The notes under the pieces are model-generated. The model ran no database searches, was not told where the DNA came from, and worked only from the letters and a program-made list of their open reading frames with translations. Of a stretch of DNA of 64,000 bases, positions 48,663-58,945 are shown piece by piece. How positions within the stretch are numbered: position 1 is the first letter of the stretch; each line of letters begins with the position of its first letter. Source of the DNA: an uncultured delta proteobacterium (GTDB taxonomy: Bacteria > Desulfobacterota > Binatia > UBA9968); contig CAWDPO010000006.1 of the NCBI GenBank assembly GCA_963804165.1, forward strand, positions 32,001 to 96,000, given 5' to 3'. A program made the position numbers and the translations under genes.

Positions 48663-49340
48663 AGACAATTAAAGCCGCTCCCTGAAGAAAGCTCGGATAC
48701 CGAAAAGCGACTTCTGGATGCCGCCGGCGAGGTGTTTGCCGAGTTCGGCTTTCGCACCGCCACGGTACGCCAGATCTGCAAAAAGGCCGGAGCGAATGTC
48801 GCAGCTGTTAACTATTATTTCCGGGACAAAGAAGGACTCTATTTGGCCGTGCTGCGTTCAGTCCCAGACGCGCACGCGGAAAAATATCCATCGCAAGTCG
48901 GCTTAACCTCCGACGCGACGCCGGAACAGCAATTGCGCGTTTACGTTCAATCGCTGATGCATCGCGTCTTCGACGCCGGCCGCCCCGGCTGGCACTCGAA
49001 AATAATCGCCCGAGAGATGGTGGAACCGACCCGCGCGCTCGATACCCTTCTCGAAGACGTTGCCCGGCCGCTGCACCGCGAACTGGCAAGTATCGTCCGC
49101 CGGTTGCTCGGCTCTGCCGCGACAGATGAAAATGTGCGGCTGGGTGCGCTTAGTGTCATGGGCCAGTGCGTCTACTATCACCACTCTCGCACAGTCCTGA
49201 AACGTCTCTATCCGGAGCAAATGTATGGCGCCGAAGATATCGCGCGCATGGTGGATCACATCACCGAATTCTCTCTGGCGGGACTGCAAGAATTTGCCCA
49301 CGGAAGGCAAGCAAACAGCCATGTTCATAGCAAAAACTAA
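48654..49340 (+). CDS. TetR/CerR(YbiH)-family regulator
   Basis: RLLDAAGEVFAEFGF, ANVAAVNYYFRDKEGLY. Confidence 0.9.
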   Translation: MIKRQLKPLPEESSDTEKRLLDAAGEVFAEFGFRTATVRQICKKAGANVAAVNYYFRDKEGLYLAVLRSVPDAHAEKYPSQVGLTSDATPEQQLRVYVQSLMHRVFDAGRPGWHSKIIAREMVEPTRALDTLLEDVARPLHRELASIVRRLLGSAATDENVRLGALSVMGQCVYYHHSRTVLKRLYPEQMYGAEDIARMVDHITEFSLAGLQEFAHGRQANSHVHSKN

Positions 49341-50544
49341 ATCGCTGATCACCCAACACGCGCTCGGGATGACGCCATACATCGCTCTGGTCGTCCTCGC
49401 CGCTTGCGGCGGCGATCGACCCGCCACCGCAGTGCCCGAGAGTCTGACACCGGCGCGTCAGGTGCGGGTGATTCAGGCCGCGGAAATAGAGACGGCGCGA
49501 TTGGTCAGCGCCAGCGGAACCTTGGCGGCGGAAGAGCAAATTATTTTAGGCACTAAAGTGATCGGCCGCCTGGGCGAGATCAGCGTCGACCTCGGCAGCC
49601 GCGTGCGCAAAGGCCAAGCGATCGCGCGTATAGACCAAAGCGACTATCGGCTGCGTGTCGATCAAGCGGAGGCGGCACTCCAACAAGCGCGTGTCCGCCT
49701 CGGCCTCGCGCCGACGGGAAACAGCGACAAAGTCGACATCGACCAGACGGCAACGGTGCGCCAGGCGGCGGCCGTGCTTAAAGAAGCCCATCTCAGCCAT
49801 GGCCGAATGGTGGAGCTCTGGGAGCGAAAATTTATCGCTCGCGCCGAGCTCGACACGGCAGTGTCACAACTGGCGGTGGCCGAGGGGCGCTATCAAGACG
49901 CCATCGAAGAAGTGCGCAACCGCCAGGCGGTAATGGTGCAACGCCGCTCTGAGCTCGAAATCGCACGACAGCAATTTGCCGATACGGTCATCACATCGCC
50001 TTTCGACGGCGCCGTCAGTGAACGCCAAGCTTCCGTCGGCCAGTATCTGCCCGCCGGCGCATCCGTCGTGACGCTCGTGCGCACCGATCCTTTGCGCTTG
50101 CGCCTGGCGGTCCCCGAACGAGAGGCCGGACTCGTGCGCATTGGGCAAAGCGTCGACCTAACCGTCGAGGGTGACCCAAACAAATATCAAGGCCGGGTCG
50201 CTCGGCTGTCGCCCGCCATCGCCGAAAACAATCGAACTCTCATGATCGAAGCAGAAGTGGCCAACAGGCAAGGCGCGCTTCGCCCGGGATCTTTTGCGAA
50301 AGCGGACATCGTCGTCGAGTCGGGACAGCGCATCGTCACGGTGCCCGCCGACTCCATTGTAACCTTCGCCGGCATCGAAAAGGTGCTCACCGTGGCGAAT
50401 AACGCCGCCGTCGAGAAACGAGTGCGCACGGGGCGGCGCATCGACAATCGAGTCGAGATCATCGACGGCATCCGCGCCGGTGAACAAGTCGTCATGCAGC
50501 CGGGCAATTTGATCAACGGCGAACCGGTGCAAGTGACTCACTAA
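49321..50544 (+). CDS. RND efflux membrane fusion protein
   Basis: Lipobox-like LAAC, GSRVRKGQ, ITSPFDG, LRPGSF. Confidence 0.9.
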   Translation: MFIAKTKSLITQHALGMTPYIALVVLAACGGDRPATAVPESLTPARQVRVIQAAEIETARLVSASGTLAAEEQIILGTKVIGRLGEISVDLGSRVRKGQAIARIDQSDYRLRVDQAEAALQQARVRLGLAPTGNSDKVDIDQTATVRQAAAVLKEAHLSHGRMVELWERKFIARAELDTAVSQLAVAEGRYQDAIEEVRNRQAVMVQRRSELEIARQQFADTVITSPFDGAVSERQASVGQYLPAGASVVTLVRTDPLRLRLAVPEREAGLVRIGQSVDLTVEGDPNKYQGRVARLSPAIAENNRTLMIEAEVANRQGALRPGSFAKADIVVESGQRIVTVPADSIVTFAGIEKVLTVANNAAVEKRVRTGRRIDNRVEIIDGIRAGEQVVMQPGNLINGEPVQVTH

Positions 50545-53500
50545 TGCAGAAGCTCGCTGAAGTTTGTATTCGCCGGCCGGTCTTCGCTTCGATGATCATC
50601 CTCGCCTTAGTGGTCGTCGGCGCGGCCAGTTATTTTCGCCTCGGCGTCGACCGTTTCCCATCGGTCGATCTGCCCAACGTTTCAGTTCGCACCAGTCTGC
50701 CTGGAGCTTCTCCCGAGGAAGTCGAAGCCGTGATCTCGCGGCCCATCGAAGAGGTGGTTAATACCGTCGAAGGCATTCAGGAGCTACGCTCCATCTCCGG
50801 ACAGGGCACTTCCTTCGTCATCGCCACGTTCAATCTGGATCGCGACATCGACACCGCCGCTCAAGATGTGCGCGACCGTGTCGCCACGGTGCTCAACCGG
50901 TTGCCGGATGACGCGACTCCTCCGGTGATATCGAAGTTCAACAACGAAAATACCCCGATCCTGACGATCGCCGTCTCCGGTAATCGTTCCCTGCGCGAGC
51001 TCACGGAATTTGCCGACAAGATCATCAAGGTGCAGCTCGAGCGCTCGGCCGGGGTCGGCGAAGTGCGCGTCGTCGGCGGCTTATCGCGGGCAATCAATAT
51101 TTGGATCGATGCCGACCGGCTGGCGGCCTATCAGATTCCCATCACCGCGGTGCGCAACGCCATCCAGCACCAGAACGCCGATATCCCCGGCGGCAACGTC
51201 ACCGGCGGCGCTCAGGAGGAAGTGCTGCGCACCATGGGGCGCATCGTTGCGCCGCGGGCGTTTAATGACTTGACCGTGGCGACGGTCAACGGCGCGCCGA
51301 TTCGCATCCGCGACATCGGATCGGCCGAGGACGGCACCAAAGAGCAGCGCTCGTTGTCACGGCTCAACGGCGTGCCGACGGTTCAGTTGCAGATATTGCG
51401 TCAATCCGGGGCCAACACTGTGGCGGTCATCGAAGCCGTCAAAGCGAACCTCGATCGGGTAAAACGTCAGGTGCCCTCAGACATAAAGTTGGAAATCATC
51501 CGCGACCAGTCGCGCTACATCTACGCAGCGCTGCACGAGATCAACCTGCACCTGGTCCTCGGCAGCATCCTCGCCTGCATCGTAGTACTCGCGTTTATGC
51601 GCAGCTGGCGCTCGACCGCGATCGCGGCGGTGGCGATACCCGCATCGGTGATCTCTACCTTCGGCATGATGTGGGCCCTCAATTTCACCCTCAACAGCGT
51701 GACTATGCTCGCCCTGGTGTTGATGGTCGGCATCGTCATCGATGACGCCATCGTCGTCTTGGAAAACATCTTCCGCTTCGTCGAAGAAAAACGCATGAGC
51801 GCTTTCGAGGCGGCGCGCGCTGCCACCGCAGAAATCGGTTTGGCGGTCATGGCGACAACATTCAGCCTGGTGGTCATCTTCGTCCCCGTCGCCTTCATGT
51901 CGAGCATCTCGGGGCGTTTTCTGTATCAATTCGGCATTACTTCCGCGGTCGCTGTGCTGGTGAGCCTGCTCGTCTCATTCACGCTTACGCCGATGATGAG
52001 CGCGCGCATGCTGCGCCACGAAGATGCCGCGGCGGGCGGCGACGATGCCCATTCACGACAGGGATTCTACGGCTGGCTCGACCGCCGCTATGAACGTATG
52101 CTCGCCTGGTCCATGGGACATCGCATGGCGGTGATGTCGCTCGCCGCCGCGGTGATCATCTCGTCGATCCCGCTCTACAGAATGGTGCGCCAGGAATATA
52201 TTCCCACCAACGTCGACGAAGCCGAGTTCGACGTCAACGTGACCGCCCCCGAAGGCATCAGCCTCGCCTCCATCGACAAGATCATGCAGATGGTCGAAAG
52301 CGAAATTCGCGCGTTGCCGATGGTGCGTCTGCTGCTCTGCGACGCCGGCGGCAGCTTCTTGGGCGGCGTAAATCAGGGAAGCTGCTATGTCCGGATCGCG
52401 CCCCACGACGAGCGCATTTTCTCGTTGGCACGTCTCTGGCGCGAAACACTGCGCGGCCAACCCTGGGTCGCCTTTACCGACATCACGTCGCAACGCGACG
52501 TGATGCAGCAAGTGCGCGCCCGGCTGGCCCGCTACACGGACTTGCGCACCTCGGTCCGCAACGCGCCGTCGTTCAACATCGGCAGCGGCAACTGGGACAT
52601 CGATTTCGTTCTGCGCGGACCGGATCTGAAAGCGCTGGCCGACTATGCCGATCAGTTGCGCATCCGTTCGAAGGATTTGGGTATCATCGATGCCGATACT
52701 ACCCTCAAGCTCAGCAATCCCGAGCTGCGCGTGATCATCGATCGCCAGCGCGCCGCCGACTTGAACGTGAACACCGAGGATATTGCCACGGCGTTGCGCC
52801 TGATGGTCGGCGGCGACACCGAGGCGTCGCGTTTTATCGACCCGAGCGTCAACGAAGAATACGACGTGCAGCTGCGCCTCGCGTTAAGCGATCGCGCCGA
52901 CATCGGCACGATTTCGCGACTCTACGTGCCGCGCACCGGCACGGGCGGTCTTATTCGCCTCGATAACCTGGTCAAAGTCGAAAACGTCAAAAGCGCATCG
53001 CGCATCGATCGTCTCGACCGCCAGCGCCAGGCGAGCCTGCGCGCTCAGATCGCGCCGGGCTACGCCCTCGCGGACCGCCTGGAAGCGCTCAATCAAGCCG
53101 TGCGCGAGATGAATTTACCGATCGAATATTCGACCATCGTGTCCGGCCGGGGCCGCGAGCTGGAGCGGACCTTCACCGAATTCCTATGGGCTTTTCTGCT
53201 GTCGATCATCTTCATGTACATGATCCTCGCCTCGCAGTACGAGAGCACGATCCATCCATTCACCATTTTGCTCTCATTGCCGCTCTCCATTCCATTTGCG
53301 TTGTTCTCGCTATGGGTGACCGGCAATACGCTGAATTTGTATTCGGCGCTGGGAATTTTGGTGCTGTTCGGCGTCGTCAAGAAGAATGCAATCTTGCAAA
53401 TCGATCATATGAACCGCCTGCGCGAGAAAGGCGTGGAGCGGCTTGCCGCGATTATGCGCGCAAATCGCGACCGGCTTCGCCCTATCCTCATGACCACCCT

Positions 53501-53729
53501 CGCGCTGGTCGCCGGCATGCTGCCGCTCGCTCTCGGCACCGGCCCCGGCGCCGAGGAGCGCAGAGCCATCGCCGTCGTCGTCATCGGCGGACAAACGTTA
53601 TGCTTGCTCTTGACGCTGCTCGTCACTCCGGTGGCTTATTCGATGTTCGAAGATTGGGCGAAAAGCATTGACGTAAAACGCCTCCGTCGAGCCAGTCGCC
53701 TGTTCGCGCAGCGACTTTCGAATCGGTAA
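50544..53729 (+). CDS. RND efflux permease (AcrB/MdtB-like)
   Basis: IRRPV, GIVIDDAIVVLENI, KNAIL, RLRPILMT. Confidence 0.95.
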   Translation: MQKLAEVCIRRPVFASMIILALVVVGAASYFRLGVDRFPSVDLPNVSVRTSLPGASPEEVEAVISRPIEEVVNTVEGIQELRSISGQGTSFVIATFNLDRDIDTAAQDVRDRVATVLNRLPDDATPPVISKFNNENTPILTIAVSGNRSLRELTEFADKIIKVQLERSAGVGEVRVVGGLSRAINIWIDADRLAAYQIPITAVRNAIQHQNADIPGGNVTGGAQEEVLRTMGRIVAPRAFNDLTVATVNGAPIRIRDIGSAEDGTKEQRSLSRLNGVPTVQLQILRQSGANTVAVIEAVKANLDRVKRQVPSDIKLEIIRDQSRYIYAALHEINLHLVLGSILACIVVLAFMRSWRSTAIAAVAIPASVISTFGMMWALNFTLNSVTMLALVLMVGIVIDDAIVVLENIFRFVEEKRMSAFEAARAATAEIGLAVMATTFSLVVIFVPVAFMSSISGRFLYQFGITSAVAVLVSLLVSFTLTPMMSARMLRHEDAAAGGDDAHSRQGFYGWLDRRYERMLAWSMGHRMAVMSLAAAVIISSIPLYRMVRQEYIPTNVDEAEFDVNVTAPEGISLASIDKIMQMVESEIRALPMVRLLLCDAGGSFLGGVNQGSCYVRIAPHDERIFSLARLWRETLRGQPWVAFTDITSQRDVMQQVRARLARYTDLRTSVRNAPSFNIGSGNWDIDFVLRGPDLKALADYADQLRIRSKDLGIIDADTTLKLSNPELRVIIDRQRAADLNVNTEDIATALRLMVGGDTEASRFIDPSVNEEYDVQLRLALSDRADIGTISRLYVPRTGTGGLIRLDNLVKVENVKSASRIDRLDRQRQASLRAQIAPGYALADRLEALNQAVREMNLPIEYSTIVSGRGRELERTFTEFLWAFLLSIIFMYMILASQYESTIHPFTILLSLPLSIPFALFSLWVTGNTLNLYSALGILVLFGVVKKNAILQIDHMNRLREKGVERLAAIMRANRDRLRPILMTTLALVAGMLPLALGTGPGAEERRAIAVVVIGGQTLCLLLTLLVTPVAYSMFEDWAKSIDVKRLRRASRLFAQRLSNR

Positions 53730-53765
53730 CAAGCACAACTCTCCGTCGAGTTTTCGATCGGAGTA

Positions 53766-53982
53766 GATTCCATCGATTACGCCGTCGTTATGTCGGGCGA
53801 GATCGACATGGAGCTCGATAACTCTGTCGTCCATTTGAAAGCCGGCGACGTGCTCGTGCAGCGCGGCACGATCCACAATTGGGTCAATCGCGGTACCGAA
53901 GCTTGCGTGATCGCGTTCATTCTTGTCGACGCTAGGCCAGTCGAGGTTAGAGGTAAGGTCTTGCACGCGGAAGGTTAGTTCG
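53766..53982 (+). pseudogene. 3' fragment of cupin gene, direct repeat of 48242-48458
   Basis: 217 bp with about 18 mismatches by manual count; lacks the 5' half. Confidence 0.85.
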
Positions 53983-53986
53983 TCCG

Positions 53987-54015
53987 GTAGGGGCGGGTTT
54001 AAAACCCGCCCCTAC
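53987..54015. repeat. Symmetric GTAG-REP
   Basis: GTAGGGGCGGGTTT-A-AAACCCGCCCCTAC. Confidence 0.85.
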
Positions 54016-54039
54016 GGTGTCATATCAGTGCCTCAGCCG

Positions 54040-54884
54040 TTATTTCGCAAACGTCCCCGCCTGAAGCTCGCGCAGCGTCTGCTCGATTTCCGCTTTGGTA
54101 TTCATCACAAACGGTCCATAACGCGCGATCGGCTCATTCAGGGGTTTGCCGGACACTAAAAGGAACCGGACTGCGCTCTCCTCCGTTCGTACTTCGACGC
54201 TATCGCCGTCATCCCAAACCACGAGTCGCGGAGTTGTGACGCTTCGTCCTTCAGGCCCGAACTTTCCCTCGCCTTCGAAGACATACGCGAACGCCGAATG
54301 ACCGCGCGGGATCGGCAGGTCGAACAAGCCTTGTGGCGCGATCGATACGTCCAGATACATCGGCTCCGCGGCGATGCCGCTGATCGGACCCACGACGCCG
54401 TCGACGGTTCTCGCAATCACGCGCACCGTTACGCCGCCGTCGCGCTCGATTGCGGTGATTTCGTTGGCGTGAATGTTCTGGTAGCGCGGCGGGATCATCT
54501 TCTGTTTCGCCGGCAAATTCACCCACAGCTGAAATCCCGCCACTCCCTCCGGTCGCACCTGCGGCATTTCTTCATGCATGATGCCGCGCCCCGCGGTCAT
54601 CCACTGCAGATCCCCCGGCCCGATCTCGCCGGCATTGCCCACCGAATCTCTATGGCGCACCGCTCCTGCGAGCAGGTACGTCACCGTTTCGATACCGCGA
54701 TGCGGATGCAGCGGAAAACCCGCACGATAATCGGCAGGATTTTTCGACTGGAAATGATCCAACAGCAAAAACGGATCGAGATAATCCAGCGTGCGCGTGC
54801 CGATACTGCGTTTAAGCCGAACGCCAGCGCCTTCGACAACTGCCTGCGGCTCGATGATTTCGGAAATTTTTCTCGTTGTCCCAT
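54040..54884 (-). CDS. Pirin family protein; frameshift near 54870
   Basis: EGAGVRLKR, DPFLLLD, HPHRGIETVTY, GIMHEE, YGPFVMN. Confidence 0.92.
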
Positions 54885-54936
54885 CTCATGTTCGGACCTC
54901 CTGATTCATTCACCCATGTCTCGTTGATATTATGCA

Positions 54937-55515
54937 CTAGCGCCCTGGGCGTTTTTTGCCTGTTGCAGACCGCGCGTCCAGACTCACCAGGTTGGCCAAT
55001 AGCTGGCGAATCAACTTTTTCGTTGTCTCGTTGGTCAGGTTTCCCTCTGCGTCGAAATTTTGCGCGGCGTTGCCGATCATCACTTCCGGCTGATTGACCG
55101 CGTGAATGTTCAAGAACACAAAGACCTGGCGCAGATGATATTGCGCCCGCGCTGCTTCCAAATGTTCCCACGGATGCGCCCATGATCGCCGCCGGTTTGT
55201 CGGTCCAAGCGCTATCGCCGTACGGCCGCGACGCCCAATCGATGGCGTTTTTCAATACGCCGGGAATGGAATAGTTGTATTCCGGCGTGACGAACAAAAT
55301 AGCGTCCGCTTCGCGAATGCGCTTTTTGAATTCCACAACTTTCGCCGGCGGTTGCCGCTCGTCGTCTTCGCTGAAGACGGGATACCGTCGAGCTCGAAAA
55401 CATCGAGTACCGCGTCTTGAGGAACGAGCTGTTGCGCCGCTCGCAGCGCGGCCCGGTTGTAGGACTTTCTCCGCAGGCTGCCGGCAATGCCGAGAATGCG
55501 GATTGGTTTGTTCAT
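54937..55515 (-). CDS. NADPH-dependent FMN reductase (ChrR-like); two frameshifts
   Basis: GSLRRKSYN, TPEYNYSIPGVLKNAIDWASRP and ARAQYHLRQ in three successive ORFs. Confidence 0.88.
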
Positions 55516-55643
55516 GTTTCCAGTCTCCTTTGCATCGGAATGTTTGAAAACGCTCACCTGTCAGTCAGGTTATACATTCAAAGGCGCTTCGACTAGACGG
55601 CAAATCTTGGAAACATTGTTCCGCCTAATGTAAGATCGCGGAC

Positions 55644-56531
55644 ATGGATCTCGACGGCATCGAAGTTTTCGTTAAAGTCATCGAAGTAGGCAGCTTCAGC
55701 CAAGCGGCCAAGCTTCTCGGCATGCCCAATTCGACCGTGAGCGCCAAAGTATCGGCGTTGGAGAAGCGGCTGGGCGTTACCCTGCTGCAACGGTCGACGC
55801 GCAAATTGCGCGCAACCCCGGCGGGAGCGACTTACTTTCAGCAGTGCGTACAGGCTCTGGAACGATTGCAAGCGGCGGAAAGTGAGTTGACCAGCGCGCA
55901 ACGCGAACCGCAGGGGCTTCTCAGAGTAACGGCTCCCGCGGACATCGGCCACACCCTTCTTGCTACGCTGGTGCGCAGTTTTTTGCAGCAGTACCCAAAG
56001 ACCGAAGTCGAGCTCGTGGTCACCAACCGCGTGCTCGATCTTATCGCCGAGGGTGTCGATCTGGCGATCAGGGCCGGCGAGCTCGCCGACTCGCGGCTCA
56101 TCGCCAAGCGATTCACCGTCGGTCACGTCGGACTGTGGGCGAGTCCTGCTTATCTGAAGAAGCGCGGCATGCCTTCGCATCCGAGAGAACTGGCGCCACA
56201 CGAGTGCCTGCAATTCTCGCTATTCAAAAACAACCGATTGGAACTGACCCATGGTAAGGACAGCGCCCGAGTGGTTCCCGCGGGGCGGCTGCGCGCCGAT
56301 GATTTCGAAGCGCTCAAAGCGTTCGCGCTTCTCGGCGAAGGCATTGTCTATCTCCCGAGTTTTATGTGCGCCGAGGAAGCGAAGCAGAATCGCCTGCAAC
56401 GAGTATTACCCGATTGGCATGGCGCCGCGGCAACCTTCTCACTCGTCTACCCCGCGCAACGCTTCGTCTCGCCCAAGGTGCGCGCCTTTATCGCGGTGGC
56501 GGAAGAAGTGTTTAAGAAACAGAAAAGTTAA
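55644..56531 (+). CDS. LysR-family regulator, divergent from FMN reductase-pirin
   Basis: GSFSQAA..L...STVS..LEKRLG; DLIAEGVDLAIR. Confidence 0.95.
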   Translation: MDLDGIEVFVKVIEVGSFSQAAKLLGMPNSTVSAKVSALEKRLGVTLLQRSTRKLRATPAGATYFQQCVQALERLQAAESELTSAQREPQGLLRVTAPADIGHTLLATLVRSFLQQYPKTEVELVVTNRVLDLIAEGVDLAIRAGELADSRLIAKRFTVGHVGLWASPAYLKKRGMPSHPRELAPHECLQFSLFKNNRLELTHGKDSARVVPAGRLRADDFEALKAFALLGEGIVYLPSFMCAEEAKQNRLQRVLPDWHGAAATFSLVYPAQRFVSPKVRAFIAVAEEVFKKQKS

Positions 56532-56610
56532 GTGGCCATCCCGGTTACTTTCCGCACCAAACGAAATAATCGTGAAGTTACCGCCTCGCCGTCGACTTCT
56601 TTCCTTCAGC

Positions 56611-56632
56611 CATTCTCGCGCACGCGGGAATG
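56611..56632. repeat. CATTCTCGCG...GCGGGAATG hairpin repeat
   Basis: Hairpin between convergent genes. Confidence 0.5.
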
Positions 56633-56698
56633 ACGACTTTTACTGCCGTGGTGTGCGCGCGATCCTAAAGGCCTGCCCGATGGACGATTCGACGCGAA

Positions 56699-57664
56699 TC
56701 AATTTTTTCTTCGCCCTAATGCTTTCTCGACGAAGCTGAAATCGAACACTTGGCCCGGAGGAATCTCCTTCGTCACTGCCAAACTTTTCTTGGTGAAATC
56801 TATTGCGCCGCGCATCCAAGCGTCGTCCAAATAATTAAGCCCGCCGAGACGGCTTAGGTGAAGATCGTACACTTCTCCTGCCAGAGTAAGGTCTTTGACG
56901 CCGAGATATTTCGAGATGATATCAATGGACTCGGGCCGATGCTGCGAATAGTATTGTAGTCCTTTCAGGCTGGCTTTCACGAAAGCGAGAACTTCGGCGG
57001 GATTGTTTTTGATCTTTTCCTCCGTCGCGCCGACACCGCCCGACGGATAACTGGCGAGATAATCTCCCGAGTACGCGAGCCGGCTGAAACCTTCCCGGTA
57101 AAGAATCAACTGGCGCGGCGGGCTGAGCAGACAGGCGGCGATGAGCCCGGTTCTGAGCGCGGTAGCTAATTCTTCGGGCGTGCCGATCACGATCGAAGTT
57201 ACGTCTTTGTTCGGCGTTAGCCCATGCTTGGTGAGGATCAGCTGCGTCAAGAGATCGACTGCGCCCCCACGCGAGGAGATGCCGACGACTTTGCCTTTGA
57301 GCTGCTGCACGGATTTGATATCCGGCTGACCGACGAGGTCGAATTGCGGTTTGGAGTTGACGATCAGAACGAGTCTTACCGGAGCGCCGCGAACTGCGGC
57401 GGCGATGATCGAGCCGGCGGCCGACGCGTAGTCGACCGAGCCGCCGATCAATGCCTGCATCCCCACCGATCCGCGTATGAGAAGGGTCTCTAGATCGATG
57501 CCTTCCTCGCGATAAAAGCCTTTCATCTGCGCGATGCGGAATTGCATCTCGGTCACAGCGATGGAGCTCGTCGAGAAGCGAATCTTCTTGAGCTGCGCCG
57601 ATGCGGGCAGGCCAACAGTAATAGAAATAGTCAGCGTGACTATAAAGGTGGAAATTTTTCGCAT
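56699..57664 (-). CDS. ABC substrate-binding protein (NMT1/THI5-like)
   Basis: Signal peptide, KGFYREEGID, QLKGKVVGIS, VFDFSF. Confidence 0.88.
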   Translation of the reverse strand: MRKISTFIVTLTISITVGLPASAQLKKIRFSTSSIAVTEMQFRIAQMKGFYREEGIDLETLLIRGSVGMQALIGGSVDYASAAGSIIAAAVRGAPVRLVLIVNSKPQFDLVGQPDIKSVQQLKGKVVGISSRGGAVDLLTQLILTKHGLTPNKDVTSIVIGTPEELATALRTGLIAACLLSPPRQLILYREGFSRLAYSGDYLASYPSGGVGATEEKIKNNPAEVLAFVKASLKGLQYYSQHRPESIDIISKYLGVKDLTLAGEVYDLHLSRLGGLNYLDDAWMRGAIDFTKKSLAVTKEIPPGQVFDFSFVEKALGRRKN

Positions 57665-57747
57665 GTTTGGATTGCCTCCGTCGAATTGTTTCGAGGCCCA
57701 GCATACGCGCGGAGCCTAGCAAGGCGCCCAATTTCGGTCAATCCTCT

Positions 57748-57795
57748 TAAACGTTTGGAACGGTTTGAACGACTGGAACGTTTGGAACGCGTTCA
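57748..57795. repeat. 9-bp tandem array (CGTTTGGAA-like)
   Basis: cgtttggaa cggtttgaa cgactggaa cgtttggaa. Confidence 0.75.
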
Positions 57796-57874
57796 TTCTA
57801 TTTTAAGCCTTGACAACCTCGACGCGCCTAACCTAGAAGGAAGATAAATCAAAGATCGCGAAAGGAGCACTGCC

Positions 57875-58687
57875 ATGATCGCCAAAATCCGCCACGTCGC
57901 TACCCACACCGAACACTACGATAAAGAGTGCAAATTCTATCAAACGATTTTTGGCATGAAGCAGATCACCACCGGATTGGTCGACGAGAACGGCAAATCC
58001 AACCCGGACCGCGGCCATATCAGCGATGGCGTCATCGGCATGGCGCTTCTGGCAAAGCGGGCCGGAAGCCAGGCGGGCATTGACCACTTCGGTTTCGAGG
58101 TCGACGACGTCGGAGAAGCCGTGGACCGCTTGAACCGGCTATATCCGGAATTGTTGCACACGCGAGCGCTGACCTACGTGCCCTTCGCCGGAACTCGCGC
58201 GCAAGATCCGACGGGAACGCAATTCGATTTATCACAAAAGGGCCAGGAGAACGTCCGCGAAGGGTATCTCGCGGACGGCTGGGAGCAGCCGCGCTGGCTC
58301 AATCATATCGCGCTCCGCGCCAGAAAACCGAAGGAAGTCGCCGAATTCTACACCAAAGTCTTGGAGCTGAAAGGCGTTGAGGAAGCCGGCGAGGAGGGTT
58401 CGATCACGCTCACCGACGGCAAAGTCCGTCTGATCATCCGGCGCTGTCACAGCGGCTATTATCGCAGCTTGAAACAGGGCTTCGATCATATCGGCTTTCA
58501 AGTAGACAGCGTTGAAAAAACCAAGAAAGATTTGGACGAGATCGCCGCCAATCATCCTGAGTGCGCTCCGAAAAAAATCGGTGGTGGACCGCAGAGCGGC
58601 GGGCTAGTGAAAGACATGGACGCTTGTCCCATCGGTCAACACGCTTTCGCCGATCCCGACGGAATACTGCTGGACATCTCAGAGTAA
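57875..58687 (+). CDS. Two-domain VOC family protein
   Basis: IRHVA, DHFGFEV, LNHIAL, DHIGFQV, DPDG. Confidence 0.88.
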   Translation: MIAKIRHVATHTEHYDKECKFYQTIFGMKQITTGLVDENGKSNPDRGHISDGVIGMALLAKRAGSQAGIDHFGFEVDDVGEAVDRLNRLYPELLHTRALTYVPFAGTRAQDPTGTQFDLSQKGQENVREGYLADGWEQPRWLNHIALRARKPKEVAEFYTKVLELKGVEEAGEEGSITLTDGKVRLIIRRCHSGYYRSLKQGFDHIGFQVDSVEKTKKDLDEIAANHPECAPKKIGGGPQSGGLVKDMDACPIGQHAFADPDGILLDISE

Positions 58688-58728
58688 CTAGAGCAGAAGT
58701 TAGCGCCCTAATTCACAAGTTCGCTAGG

Positions 58729-58937
58729 GAAATCTCCCTTTTCCCCTCTTTGTTAAAGAGGGGTTACTCTCCTGCAAAGGCCCTGCCCGGGAGATTTGAG
58801 TTCAACTTCATCTGCGGCCGTCGTTTGGGAGTTAGCTTCTGAACCGTCACATTGGATGGTCAGCGGTTCCCGGACTATTTCGCGCCGTGCCGGCCTGACA
58901 TTCCTCCCTTTAGCAAAGGGAGCTTGGGAGGGATTTT
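58729..58937. repeat. Pair of CCCTCT..AGAGGG-type hairpin repeats
   Basis: aaatctccctt..cccctctttgttaaagagggg and ctccctttagcaaagggag..gggagggattt in inverted arrangement. Confidence 0.6.
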
Positions 58938-58945
58938 TAGAGCCG

